A DNA stretch of 64,000 nt from Candidatus Aenigmatarchaeota archaeon (GTDB lineage: Archaea; Aenigmatarchaeota; Aenigmatarchaeia; CG10238-14; SCSR01): positions 7,751-71,750 of the forward strand of contig JACOWB010000007.1 in assembly GCA_016177025.1 (NCBI GenBank). The letters are read 5' to 3'. Of this stretch, positions 26,958 through 36,038 are shown one piece after another. The notes under the pieces were generated by a model. That model ran no database searches and was not told where the DNA came from. It saw only the letters and a list, made by a program, of their open reading frames with translations. Positions within the stretch are counted from its first letter, which is position 1, and each line of letters starts with the position of its first letter. The position numbers and the translations under genes were made by a program.

Positions 26958-27213
26958 GCTCGTTCTCGCTGATTATAACAAAATCGCCAATAGACTTAAC
27001 CGAGCTGAATGGCACTAGCATCCTTCCCTTATCGTCTGTCTTTAGATTTAACTCTGTAAGGTGCCTCGTAGGTTGGTCCACGACTATGTTCATCAGTTCG
27101 CCGCTTTCTGTCACAAAATCGACGTTTGTCACCACTCCAAACTTTCGACCAGTTTCCTCGCTGATTATAGTCTTGCCGACGACATCACCAGCACGTATTC
27201 TTGACTCACCCAT
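26950..27213 (-). CDS. PRC-barrel protein (CdpB-like, possibly cell division)
   Basis: VVGKTIISEETGRKFG.V....F..ESGEL...VPFSSVKSIGDFVII. Confidence 0.85.
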   Translation of the reverse strand: MGESRIRAGDVVGKTIISEETGRKFGVVTNVDFVTESGELMNIVVDQPTRHLTELNLKTDDKGRMLVPFSSVKSIGDFVIISENELI

Positions 27214-27254
27214 AAAACTCTGAATATAATTAGGTTGTTAATTTAATAAAGTTT

Positions 27255-27785
27255 ATGGTAAGAGTTTTCGTCGGAATCACTGTACCAGCAGATATTAAAA
27301 GATATGTGATGGGTATTCAAAGTGGGCTTGTAGCGTTGCCTGCCAAAACAAAATTTGTAGAATCTGAAAATTTACATGTAAGTTTATCGTTTCTGGGTGA
27401 GATTGATGAAAACCACATCGAAAGTATAAAATCTAAGCTTGTCGCGTTAGCCAATTTGCACGAAAAATTTAAGATTGCATTTGGTGGGTTAGAATTGATA
27501 CCGAATGGACAATTCATAAGGGTTATCGCATTGGCTGTTAAGAGCGGCTATCTTGAAACCCTCAGAAAGGAGATTGTCAAAACTGTTGGAGGTGAGAGTC
27601 ATCCTGCACATTTAACATTGGCAAGAGTATCCAATGTGGCAGAAAAGAAGAAATTTGTTGATGTAATCAAAGAGATTAAATGTGAAGAAAAAAATATGCT
27701 TGTCGGAGATATCTGCTTAATCCAAAGTACCCTGCAAAAGCATGGACCGTTATACACGGTCTTGCACAAAAGTTATTTAAAATAG
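27255..27785 (+). CDS. thpR: 2H phosphoesterase (RNA 2',3'-cyclic phosphodiesterase, ThpR/LigT)
   Basis: Two Hx[S/T] motifs, LHVSL and AHLTL; S.L...GP.Y C-terminus. Confidence 0.9.
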   Translation: MVRVFVGITVPADIKRYVMGIQSGLVALPAKTKFVESENLHVSLSFLGEIDENHIESIKSKLVALANLHEKFKIAFGGLELIPNGQFIRVIALAVKSGYLETLRKEIVKTVGGESHPAHLTLARVSNVAEKKKFVDVIKEIKCEEKNMLVGDICLIQSTLQKHGPLYTVLHKSYLK

Positions 27786-27821
27786 AAGCTGAATTCTTCT
27801 ATGGTGTTTTCCAGCATATAA

Positions 27822-28610
27822 TCAAAGCAGTTCCGTTATATCGCATTCTGTGACTATACCTTTCAGGACATTTTTTTCGGTTATCACAGGTAGTCCGCTT
27901 ATTTTATTTTCTATCATCATCTTTACAGCGCTTGAGACGTCCTCATGAGGATGTACAAAAAATACATGAGGCGTCATTATAGATTCGGTTTTATTGTGCA
28001 TCACTGTAGGATTATAGTTTGATCCGTCAAGATATCTTAGGATATCCTTCCCTGTGACTATGCCTATCATCTCATTTTTTTCCACAACTGGCAACCTCCT
28101 GTATTGTGTGTTCACCATGGTTTTCATGCATTCTAAAATCGAAATATTTTGAGTTATAAAAAAGGGCTTATGGGACATTATATCACCGACTGCGACACCG
28201 AGATACTTTTCGTAAAGTATTTTTACAAAGTCTGACTCTGAAACCATCCCCAACAGTTTATTTTTCTTTATCAGAGGCAATCCGTCTCTTTTTGAGATTT
28301 TCATTTTTTTCAAAACAAAATCGATGCTTTCACTTGGCTCGCAGAACACAACTTCCCGTGTCATAAATTCCGATATCTTTACATTTTTTGACAAACCTCT
28401 TAGCAAAGCGTCAAGTATGTCCATATAAGTCACGATTCCGACAATCTCCTGCCTTTTTGAGACTACTGGTATACGCCTATGGTCGGAGGAAAGTATTGTT
28501 TTCACGACAGTGGACAAACTCTCGAATTCAAATGCGTAGGAAGGAGCCAGATTAGCGATATGTATAACGCTTTCCGCTTTGCTTATACCCAAATCTTCTA
28601 ATTTTATCAT
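27822..28610 (-). CDS. Four-CBS-domain protein
   Basis: Repeated RRIPVV/RRLPVV/GLPV...GIVT..D motifs. Confidence 0.9.
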   Translation of the reverse strand: MIKLEDLGISKAESVIHIANLAPSYAFEFESLSTVVKTILSSDHRRIPVVSKRQEIVGIVTYMDILDALLRGLSKNVKISEFMTREVVFCEPSESIDFVLKKMKISKRDGLPLIKKNKLLGMVSESDFVKILYEKYLGVAVGDIMSHKPFFITQNISILECMKTMVNTQYRRLPVVEKNEMIGIVTGKDILRYLDGSNYNPTVMHNKTESIMTPHVFFVHPHEDVSSAVKMMIENKISGLPVITEKNVLKGIVTECDITELL

Positions 28611-29149
28611 AATTCCTTTTCTTCTCTGCAGTCGTCACATATCCACTGATCTTCAACGTTCCTCAAATCTTCCGAGTAGTTATCGCATGAATCGCATAAA
28701 CCGATCGTGATTCGCTCCTTCAGCGTAAAAGGTTTTTCTTTCATCTTAAGTCTATACTCGAGCAAATCCAGCATTTCTGGCGAAGTTTTAGCTATGTCCG
28801 TTAAAGACACCACACCCGCCAAACGTCCTTCTGATAAGACAGTCAATCGGTGAACGTTGTTTTGTTTCATTTTTCTTGTCGCCGAAAGAATGTCATCTTC
28901 CTTGTCTACAGCTATTATTGGTTCGTGCATTAAATCGGCCAACTTCACTTTATCGGCCTTGATGCTTTTGCATACTATCTCTGTGATTAAATCGCTCTCG
29001 GAAATAACACCTGCTGGGTTCCCATTCTTCACAACTACAAGAAATCCCTTTCTATGCTTGCGCATTAGTTTTCCTGCATCACGAGCAGTCTTTCCTATGC
29101 CTATTGTTAGAACCGGGGACGACATTACATCCTTAACAAGAACCGCCAT
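28607..29149 (-). CDS. CBS-pair protein with C-terminal Zn ribbon
   Basis: Two CBS domains plus GLCDSC...WICDDC. Confidence 0.9.
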   Translation of the reverse strand: MAVLVKDVMSSPVLTIGIGKTARDAGKLMRKHRKGFLVVVKNGNPAGVISESDLITEIVCKSIKADKVKLADLMHEPIIAVDKEDDILSATRKMKQNNVHRLTVLSEGRLAGVVSLTDIAKTSPEMLDLLEYRLKMKEKPFTLKERITIGLCDSCDNYSEDLRNVEDQWICDDCREEKEL

Positions 29150-29184
29150 CTGAACACCTATAATCTATTGTAATTTGTCGGATA

Positions 29185-29511
29185 TTAATAAACCTTGAGA
29201 AAAGATTTCAACAATTCGCCGTCTGCCCCGGTTATTTTCTGATTCGGTGGCAGAATTCTTATTTTATTATATCCAAAATCGACAACCAAGAAGAACGGAA
29301 ATCCCTCAAACTCGTGTTTATTATAGCCGTAGTAGTAAAGGGTTTTTTTGTTTGTTGATTTGATTTGCAGTAAAATGCATCTGCCTTTTTTCAGACAAAT
29401 AAGATCAGCTTCACCCAGGCTCGCCCCCGCACGTATGACCGTCCACCCAGACTTTTGAAACAATAATCTGATTTTTCTCTCTACTCTATACCCCTTTCTC
29501 TTTGTGTGCAT
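29185..29511 (-). CDS. hjc: Holliday junction resolvase Hjc-like nuclease
   Basis: KGYRVERKI...GWTVIRAGASLGEADLI...LQIKS PD-(D/E)xK pattern. Confidence 0.8.
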   Translation of the reverse strand: MHTKRKGYRVERKIRLLFQKSGWTVIRAGASLGEADLICLKKGRCILLQIKSTNKKTLYYYGYNKHEFEGFPFFLVVDFGYNKIRILPPNQKITGADGELLKSFLKVY

Positions 29512-29543
29512 TATTTAATAATTTGTGTTTAAGATAAATTGAT

Positions 29544-30224
29544 ATGACTAACATAGCTGTCATAGGGTGTATACATGGGGATATAGAAAACCTCATGAGA
29601 TTCTTGGATAAGATGGCACTTCTGAAGATAGATATTTTAGTCTGCCCTGGCGACTTTACAGACTTTACGACCCAAAAGGGATTTACCAGACTCGACATCG
29701 GCAAGATAATTTTGGAAGAGCTCAGGGGTCTAGGCAAACCGATTCTTACAGTCCCAGGGAGTTGGGATGGTGAGTTGCTTGGATTTTTGAAAAAGGAGAA
29801 TGTTAGTATTCACGCGGAAGGGAGGATGATAGAAGATATAGGGTTCTACGGATACGGGGGTGCCAAGACGCCGTTCAACACCCCATTCGAACCAAGTGAG
29901 GGGGAAATAGAATTGGGCCTTGAAAAGGCGTATAATGAAATCAAAAAAGCGAAAGTAAAGATACAAATCACCCATGCGCCCCCATTCGGAACAAAACTTG
30001 ATGTTATAGCTAGCGGTGCCCATGTTGGGTCGGATGTTGTGAGGAATTTTATAGAATCTAAAAGTCCCGATGCTGCGATATGCGCGCATATACATGAAGG
30101 CAGGGGTACTGATGTGCTCGAAAAGACGAAATTAATAAATCCTGGTAGATTTCCAGAAGGTTATTTGGGTCTTGTTGAGGTTAATGATTCCAAAATAATA
30201 ACAAAAGTAACAAGTCTAATATGA
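29544..30224 (+). CDS. Calcineurin-like metallophosphoesterase (Icc-like)
   Basis: CIHG, GDFT, VPGSWD, THAPP, AHIHE, NPG. Confidence 0.88.
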   Translation: MTNIAVIGCIHGDIENLMRFLDKMALLKIDILVCPGDFTDFTTQKGFTRLDIGKIILEELRGLGKPILTVPGSWDGELLGFLKKENVSIHAEGRMIEDIGFYGYGGAKTPFNTPFEPSEGEIELGLEKAYNEIKKAKVKIQITHAPPFGTKLDVIASGAHVGSDVVRNFIESKSPDAAICAHIHEGRGTDVLEKTKLINPGRFPEGYLGLVEVNDSKIITKVTSLI

Positions 30225-30293
30225 TATATCCAGAATATAAATTGATTTTTAAACAGGCTGGTAATGCTATATCCTCGCATGTGAGGAATTTTA

Positions 30294-30683
30294 ATGGTCG
30301 GTCTCATTTCTACAGTTTTCGAATCTACACAAAGAGATAATATAAACTCTGATTTGGAAAAGGCAATTGTTTTGGCGGAAAAATTAGACTTTCTAGACAT
30401 ACAATTACTGAGGAAATTTTATATGAATGGAAAGGAATACCCCTTTAACCACCAGCCATATTGTTTTCCATTATTATTCAGTGAAATGAAGGTTAGCCAT
30501 AAAATAAAAATTGGTATGGAAGCTTTGAGGAAGAGGTTGAATAATATGGTTGACCTTGGATTATTGGAGAAAATCAAACATTCAAACCCAGCAAATTACG
30601 GGCCTATTGTAGATAAATCACTTTTCATACGTGCTGTAATAACAAAATTCTTTGTGATAAATGGGTTAACTAAATTTTTATAA
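30294..30683 (+). CDS. Winged-helix DNA-binding protein (putative)
   Basis: LDIQLLRKFY...EALRKRLNNMVDLGLLEKI...NPANY wHTH pattern. Confidence 0.65.
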   Translation: MVGLISTVFESTQRDNINSDLEKAIVLAEKLDFLDIQLLRKFYMNGKEYPFNHQPYCFPLLFSEMKVSHKIKIGMEALRKRLNNMVDLGLLEKIKHSNPANYGPIVDKSLFIRAVITKFFVINGLTKFL

Positions 30684-31003
30684 TGTTTTCTACAAATAAT
30701 TATGATGTTTCCTAAACAATTTTATTATCTTTCCTCTTAAATATTATGATGTTTCAAACGAATAACGTTAAGTTTTCTTCCCACGTTTCATATAGACGTA
30801 GAAAAACTAACTTCGCTTCTTAGTTATTATAAATAATTTAATAATTTAATAATTTAATAATAACTATGTTATATATATAAATATATTTTCTTAAACTAAA
30901 AAAAACAATCAAATTTTATAATACAGCCTATTACAACTTCTAATAGAAAGACCATAGTTTTCCACAGAATGTTTATAAAAACTATACATCATTATTATCT
31001 GAT
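30684..31003. other. AT-rich intergenic region, candidate replication origin
   Basis: ATTATGATGTTTC twice (30699, 30743); (AATAATTT)x3 at 30832-30855; inverted core ACATCAT at 30986 and AAACATCAT at 31045; upstream of polymerase genes. Confidence 0.45.
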
Positions 31004-31261
31004 ATGAAAAGAGGCAGACCTAATATAAGACAAACAATACAAACAAACATCATTACCATATTAGACCGTATGGGTACGCCAATTACCATCTCTACACTTC
31101 TCAGAGAGATAACTACAACAATCAGTAGAAAGGTAAGTTGGAACACTATACAAAAATACACACAAGAACTTGTAGAAAGCGGTAGAATTCAGGCGACACA
31201 ACTACCCCATTCAAAGAAAGAAAACCAAAACGGTCTCGTTGTGTATACTTTAAAAAAGTAG
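31004..31261 (+). CDS. Small wHTH protein with N-terminal AT-hook-like KRGRP
   Basis: MKRGRP...IITIL...PITISTL...VSWNTIQKYTQELVESGRI...VVYTL. Confidence 0.7.
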   Translation: MKRGRPNIRQTIQTNIITILDRMGTPITISTLLREITTTISRKVSWNTIQKYTQELVESGRIQATQLPHSKKENQNGLVVYTLKK

Positions 31262-31279
31262 AAATACTCTACCCTTTAT

Positions 31280-32329
31280 ATGGAAAAGAATGATATCCTT
31301 AAGGAGTTTCTAAATCAGGGTTTGCAGGTTGATAGTGCCGCATTAGATATACTAATGGATAATAAAAAACTATTTGAGGAGGTTCTGAAGATTGGAGGTA
31401 AAGGATTACCGACAGTTATTACCAAGGAGTTTCTTAGTTCCCTATCACCAGCACACGAAAAAATTTCAGTGGAAAAATTATCGGAAATAGTGAAATATAG
31501 GTACATGTTTATCAAAAAATTACTTTTAGATAAAATGTCTGGCAATGTAATATCTATAAATAAAATAAGTGAAAAGACAAAAGATTTTTCCGTTATAGGG
31601 TTGGTTTCCACCAGAAATGGCAATATAACACTTGAAGACGCAACCGGAAAAGATAATTTTAAAGCTGATGATGAAAGCAGTAAAAATATTGTGGAAGATG
31701 AAGTGGTAGGCTTAATATGCAGTCGTAAAGATGGAACAAATCATATCAATGAAATCATCTTTCCTGATATACCACTACGCAGGTCATTTACAAAAGGAGA
31801 GCTGGCAAGGAAAGCAATATTCATTTCCGGAACACTTGACAAAAACACATACGATAAGTTGGTCGATAAAATTAAAATTGAACATAATGCAACGGTTTTT
31901 ATTTTAGGCGGAACAATACCAGAGGGCGAACTGAAAAAATTCACATCAAATACACCCTACACAACGCACGTATACACAAGTACTTTGCAGAATCATCCTG
32001 TTAGCGTAGAGATAGACACTGTAAAACTACTTTTTTTAAATGGCCATGATCTTGATTACTATAGAAAAATATGGACCGATTTCGATACGTTAATAATAAA
32101 TCTGCTGAAAAAAAGAAATTTTCACCCAACGATAACCCCTCAATCATATGATAATAGGTTCCTAGTAGAAACGGTACCGGATATAATTATCATAACCGAC
32201 GCAGAAGATACGAGAGACTTGAATTATAAGGGCACTACTATACTGACCATGGAGAGTATTGATAAGAAACCTATATACTGGCTAATAAATTTACAAACAC
32301 GAGAAACATTTAAAACTGTTTTATCATAA
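31280..32329 (+). CDS. Inactivated PolD small-subunit (DP1)-like / B-subunit-like protein
   Basis: N-terminal helical domain, OB fold (SVIGLVS, LEDATG, DEVVGL, IIFPDIP) and phosphoesterase fold with metal ligands lost (FISGTL, ILGGT, NGH, KKRNFHPT, VPDIIIITD). Confidence 0.82.
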   Translation: MEKNDILKEFLNQGLQVDSAALDILMDNKKLFEEVLKIGGKGLPTVITKEFLSSLSPAHEKISVEKLSEIVKYRYMFIKKLLLDKMSGNVISINKISEKTKDFSVIGLVSTRNGNITLEDATGKDNFKADDESSKNIVEDEVVGLICSRKDGTNHINEIIFPDIPLRRSFTKGELARKAIFISGTLDKNTYDKLVDKIKIEHNATVFILGGTIPEGELKKFTSNTPYTTHVYTSTLQNHPVSVEIDTVKLLFLNGHDLDYYRKIWTDFDTLIINLLKKRNFHPTITPQSYDNRFLVETVPDIIIITDAEDTRDLNYKGTTILTMESIDKKPIYWLINLQTRETFKTVLS

Positions 32330-32338
32330 ACTTAGAAT

Positions 32339-35026
32339 ATGAATGTAGAATTTCAACTCCTTGATTGCGATTACACAACAATTAACAACAAGGCGATAGT
32401 AAGATTCTTCGGTAAAACAAAGTCTGGCAAATCTGTCTGCGTCTTTTTCAAAGGCCAGCAACCGTATTTCTACATATCCACAAAAACTCCATTAAAAGTT
32501 GAAAAATTCGTCAAGGAAAAATTCAAGAATATTGTGGAGAGGATAGAAACTGTTTATCGCTATGATCCAATTGGATACAAGAAAGATAAAAGTCAACTGT
32601 CGAAGTTAATTCTTACAGATCCGTCCCAAGTACCGATAGTTAGAGACACTTTACAAAAGGAAAAGTTGACAGATGAAATATATGAAGCAGACATTTTGTT
32701 CAAATATCGGGTCATGGCAGACTTGGGAATTTCAGGCTTCAAATGGATTGAAGCTGAGGGGCAGTCTGTTAGAACAGGAACGGTTAAAGCAGATATTGTT
32801 CTGGAGGCGACAAATCTTAAAGAAAACGCCAGTCTTGAAAATTGCGACCTTAAGTACATGTCGATTGACATCGAAACAATCTCGGAAGAAGGAGTGCCAG
32901 ATCCTAAAAAAAACATCATTGGTATGATAAGCATATCATTTTTTCCGAAATTCGATTCTGAAGACTCGATTGTTCTGGTGAGCAAACTTTTCTCAAAAAA
33001 TAACAAGAGCGTAAAAGTCTTCCCCGATGAAAAGGCAATGTTGCAAGAGTTTCTAAAGATTCTGGAAAGTTATGACCCGGATGCAATCATAGGCTATAAT
33101 ATCAATAATTTCGATTTTCCTTATATTCTCACGCGATTACGAGAAAACAACCTATCCCTAATGCTTGGAAGATGTAATCAGAAACCCTCCTCTTCAAGAA
33201 AGATCGGATCATACAACAAAAGCTCGTTGACAGGCCGAATAATCGTAGATGCATACGAACTGGTGAAAGAGTCTATAAGAAAAGGCAATTTAAGGCTAAA
33301 ACGATTAGGTCTCGGTGATGTGTCTCGTGAACTCCTAAATGATACTAAGATCGATGTATCGCATAGCGAAATTTTCGGTCATTGGCACGGCGACGTAAAT
33401 CAAATAAGCAAGTTGGCAGAATATGCCCGTAAAGATTCTGAGTTGGCATTAAGATTAATCTTGGAAAGGGGATTTCTTGACAAATTTTTCGAGCTCAGTA
33501 AAGTATCAGGACTTTTGCTGCAGGATTGCCTAGACGGTGGGGAGGCACAGCGAGTAGAAAACCTTCTTCTCAGAGAATTTAATAAAAACGATTTTGTACT
33601 TCCATGTAAACCAGCCGAAACTTCTTCCACGGAAGTACAGGATCTGAAAGGTGCTTTGGTTCTTGAGCCAAAAACTGGATTGCACACGGGCAATATAGTT
33701 TACCTCGATTTCAAATCTATGTACCCGTCTATTTTCATTGCATATAACATTTGCCCAACGACTACGCTTACCGGTAAACAGTACAATGTCGAAACAATTA
33801 CAACACCATATAAAACAAGATTCGTCGCAAAAAATGTCAGAGAGGGCATAATGCCGCAAATATTAAAACGCTTAATAGACGAGCGTGATAAAGTGCGGGC
33901 CGAAGAAAGAGCGGCATCAGATAGGAACGTCCGACGCCTTTTAGGAGCCAAACAAGTGGCGCTTAAAATCATGACAAACGCGTTTTACGGATATACAGGA
34001 TATGTAAGAGCTCGGCTATACGTTCTTGAAATTGCCAATACCATCACTGGTTGCGGGAGATATCTCATAAACAAAACCAAGGAAATCATAGAAGACAAGC
34101 TTGGTCAGGATGTGGTTTACGGCGATACGGATTCTATAATGGTTAAAACAAGTGACAGTGCCATTGAAGATGCTTATAATACGGGAAAAAAACTTGAGAA
34201 TGTGATTAACAAAGAACTTGAAGGCATAGTGCAAATGAAGATTGAAAAGATTTTCAAATCGCTTTTGATTCTTTCCAAAAAGAGGTACGTAGGTCTAGCT
34301 TATGAGAAATTCAACGGGGATTGGAAAGAGGAAATGGTAATGAAAGGGATTGAAACTGTTAGGAGGGATTGGTGTGATGCGGCGACCAAAACACTATTTG
34401 AAGTGCTAAATATCCTTCTTAAGGAGCAGAATCCTAAAAGGGCTCTCAATTACATAAAAGATTTTCTCCAAAAATTAGAGCGAAATGAAATTCCAATTGA
34501 AGATCTGGTTATCACGAAAAGTATTTCCAAATCCATTGCGGCTTATAAGGGAATACAACCGCATGTCGAATTGGTGAAAAAAATGAGAAAAAGAAACGGT
34601 AGTGCGCCAGGAGTTGGTGATAGAGTGAGCTTCGTGATAGTTAAAGGCATGCAACTTCTTTCCGAAAGAGCAGAAGACCCTGATTACGTAAAAAACAACA
34701 AAATACCCATCGATTCCAAATATTACGTAGAAAACCAAATACTACCTCCGTTGGAGAGGGTATTCGAGGTTATAGGTATAAGCAAGATAGAACTTCTTGG
34801 TATAGGTAGGCAAACCTTGCTGAAGGAAATCTTCGGAAATAGCAGAGTTTCTAGCAATGGCAACTCACTTGAGGCATCACTAGACAACTTTGATGGCTTC
34901 GCATGCGTAAAATGCGATAAATCGTATAGGAGAATCCCATTGATAGGCAAATGTTTTGACTGTAGTGGCGAAATAGTTTTCGTTTCTAGTAACCAAAAAT
35001 CAAGACACGTCGAGTCGCCCGTGTGA
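32339..35026 (+). CDS. polB: Family B DNA polymerase, Pol-delta-like, with C-terminal DP2-type Zn finger
   Basis: ExoI DIET, ExoII YNINNFD, ExoIII YARKD; DFKSMYPS, KIMTNAFYG, YGDTDS; tail CVKC..YRRIPLIGKCFDC. Confidence 0.96.
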   Translation: MNVEFQLLDCDYTTINNKAIVRFFGKTKSGKSVCVFFKGQQPYFYISTKTPLKVEKFVKEKFKNIVERIETVYRYDPIGYKKDKSQLSKLILTDPSQVPIVRDTLQKEKLTDEIYEADILFKYRVMADLGISGFKWIEAEGQSVRTGTVKADIVLEATNLKENASLENCDLKYMSIDIETISEEGVPDPKKNIIGMISISFFPKFDSEDSIVLVSKLFSKNNKSVKVFPDEKAMLQEFLKILESYDPDAIIGYNINNFDFPYILTRLRENNLSLMLGRCNQKPSSSRKIGSYNKSSLTGRIIVDAYELVKESIRKGNLRLKRLGLGDVSRELLNDTKIDVSHSEIFGHWHGDVNQISKLAEYARKDSELALRLILERGFLDKFFELSKVSGLLLQDCLDGGEAQRVENLLLREFNKNDFVLPCKPAETSSTEVQDLKGALVLEPKTGLHTGNIVYLDFKSMYPSIFIAYNICPTTTLTGKQYNVETITTPYKTRFVAKNVREGIMPQILKRLIDERDKVRAEERAASDRNVRRLLGAKQVALKIMTNAFYGYTGYVRARLYVLEIANTITGCGRYLINKTKEIIEDKLGQDVVYGDTDSIMVKTSDSAIEDAYNTGKKLENVINKELEGIVQMKIEKIFKSLLILSKKRYVGLAYEKFNGDWKEEMVMKGIETVRRDWCDAATKTLFEVLNILLKEQNPKRALNYIKDFLQKLERNEIPIEDLVITKSISKSIAAYKGIQPHVELVKKMRKRNGSAPGVGDRVSFVIVKGMQLLSERAEDPDYVKNNKIPIDSKYYVENQILPPLERVFEVIGISKIELLGIGRQTLLKEIFGNSRVSSNGNSLEASLDNFDGFACVKCDKSYRRIPLIGKCFDCSGEIVFVSSNQKSRHVESPV

Positions 35027-35039
35027 CATCATATTTCAA

Positions 35040-35486
35040 TCATTGTTTTTCATCGAGAAACTTTACAATGCGATCAGATATACTGCATTCAGGAGAATCG
35101 TATCTTTTAAATTTGTATACCTTGGCTTTTTTGATATATTTCTCCAAGTCTACAACTTTCCTACAGTTGAGAAGAAATCCCCCCTTACTTAGTTCATTCA
35201 CAAGGTCGGGATTATGTATATTTTCCATGTTTTCTAAACAGATTAGTTTTTTATGGTGTTTCAATACTTCGAATATAGTGCCCGCTCCGTAATGGGATAT
35301 AACAATATCGGCCCCTTTATAATAGGAAAAAAGTGGCGTATGAAATCTAAACCACTTGCAGTTTTTAGGCAAGTAATTACCGTTTCCTATCTGAGCTATA
35401 ACAGGCTCTTTTAGTCCCGGTGCTATTCTATCCATTTCTTTTATTAAATCTTCAAAGGCTGGTGATCCAGCAGTTACAAATATCAC
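35040..35486 (-). CDS. Alg13/PssE-like glycosyltransferase subunit (GT28 C-terminal-like)
   Basis: MIFVTAGS..F..L...IAQIG...ADIVISHYGAGTIFE. Confidence 0.85.
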   Translation of the reverse strand: MIFVTAGSPAFEDLIKEMDRIAPGLKEPVIAQIGNGNYLPKNCKWFRFHTPLFSYYKGADIVISHYGAGTIFEVLKHHKKLICLENMENIHNPDLVNELSKGGFLLNCRKVVDLEKYIKKAKVYKFKRYDSPECSISDRIVKFLDEKQ

Positions 35487-35959
35487 ATCAATCTACCTGC
35501 ATATACGGCTTTCGGATAAAATTTCTTTAGGGATTTCCATTGCACGAAAAACAAATCAGAAACTTTATACGCCAGCTTACCGGAAAGTGAAGGAACTTTA
35601 ACTCTCGACCAGCTTTCCAGAAAGATAATTTTCTTACCAAAGAGTTTGCCTAAATAGCAGAATGGTATAGGTACGTTTGCACCAGCGCTGACAATAGCAT
35701 CGGGGTTCTCTTTCAATAATATTATTAATGCTTGGAACAGTAAAACTAGCAAAAGAGGATATTTGAACAGTCCCTTAAATCTCCTAAACGGGTCGATGAC
35801 AAGTTTGACTTTATAGTCTTTTAAAATGTTTCCAATTGAAGGCGAATTGTAGGTTACAAACGTAATATCAAAGTTCCCCTTCAAATTTTCAGCAAGCAAT
35901 AAAACCTGCTTTAAATGACCACCAGGTGTAGTCGGCATTAGGATTTTCATATTCATCAT
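35483..35959 (-). CDS. Alg14/PssD-like glycosyltransferase subunit
   Basis: GGHL, PDAIVSAGA, IFLESWSRV..PSLSGK, FFVQW. Confidence 0.88.
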   Translation of the reverse strand: MMNMKILMPTTPGGHLKQVLLLAENLKGNFDITFVTYNSPSIGNILKDYKVKLVIDPFRRFKGLFKYPLLLVLLFQALIILLKENPDAIVSAGANVPIPFCYLGKLFGKKIIFLESWSRVKVPSLSGKLAYKVSDLFFVQWKSLKKFYPKAVYAGRLM

Positions 35960-36038
35960 ATGCGTTCTTTACAGCAACTGATAACTTACTCGATTTAAAG
36001 TTTAAATAAGTTATTAAGTAAGCTTTAATACGAATAGC

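Noticed and set aside
30699..30755. ATGATG repeats as C/D box sRNA C boxes
   Set aside because: The sequence is ATGATGT rather than RTGATGA and no suitably placed CTGA D boxes were seen.
30830..30863. Tandem AATAATTT repeats as a CRISPR array
   Set aside because: 8-bp units without spacers and no cas genes; no CRISPR array seen anywhere in the window.
32339..35026. Intein or viral/casposon origin of the PolB
   Set aside because: Motifs are contiguous with no intein-sized insertion, there are no protein-priming features, and no Cas1, capsid or terminal repeats lie nearby.
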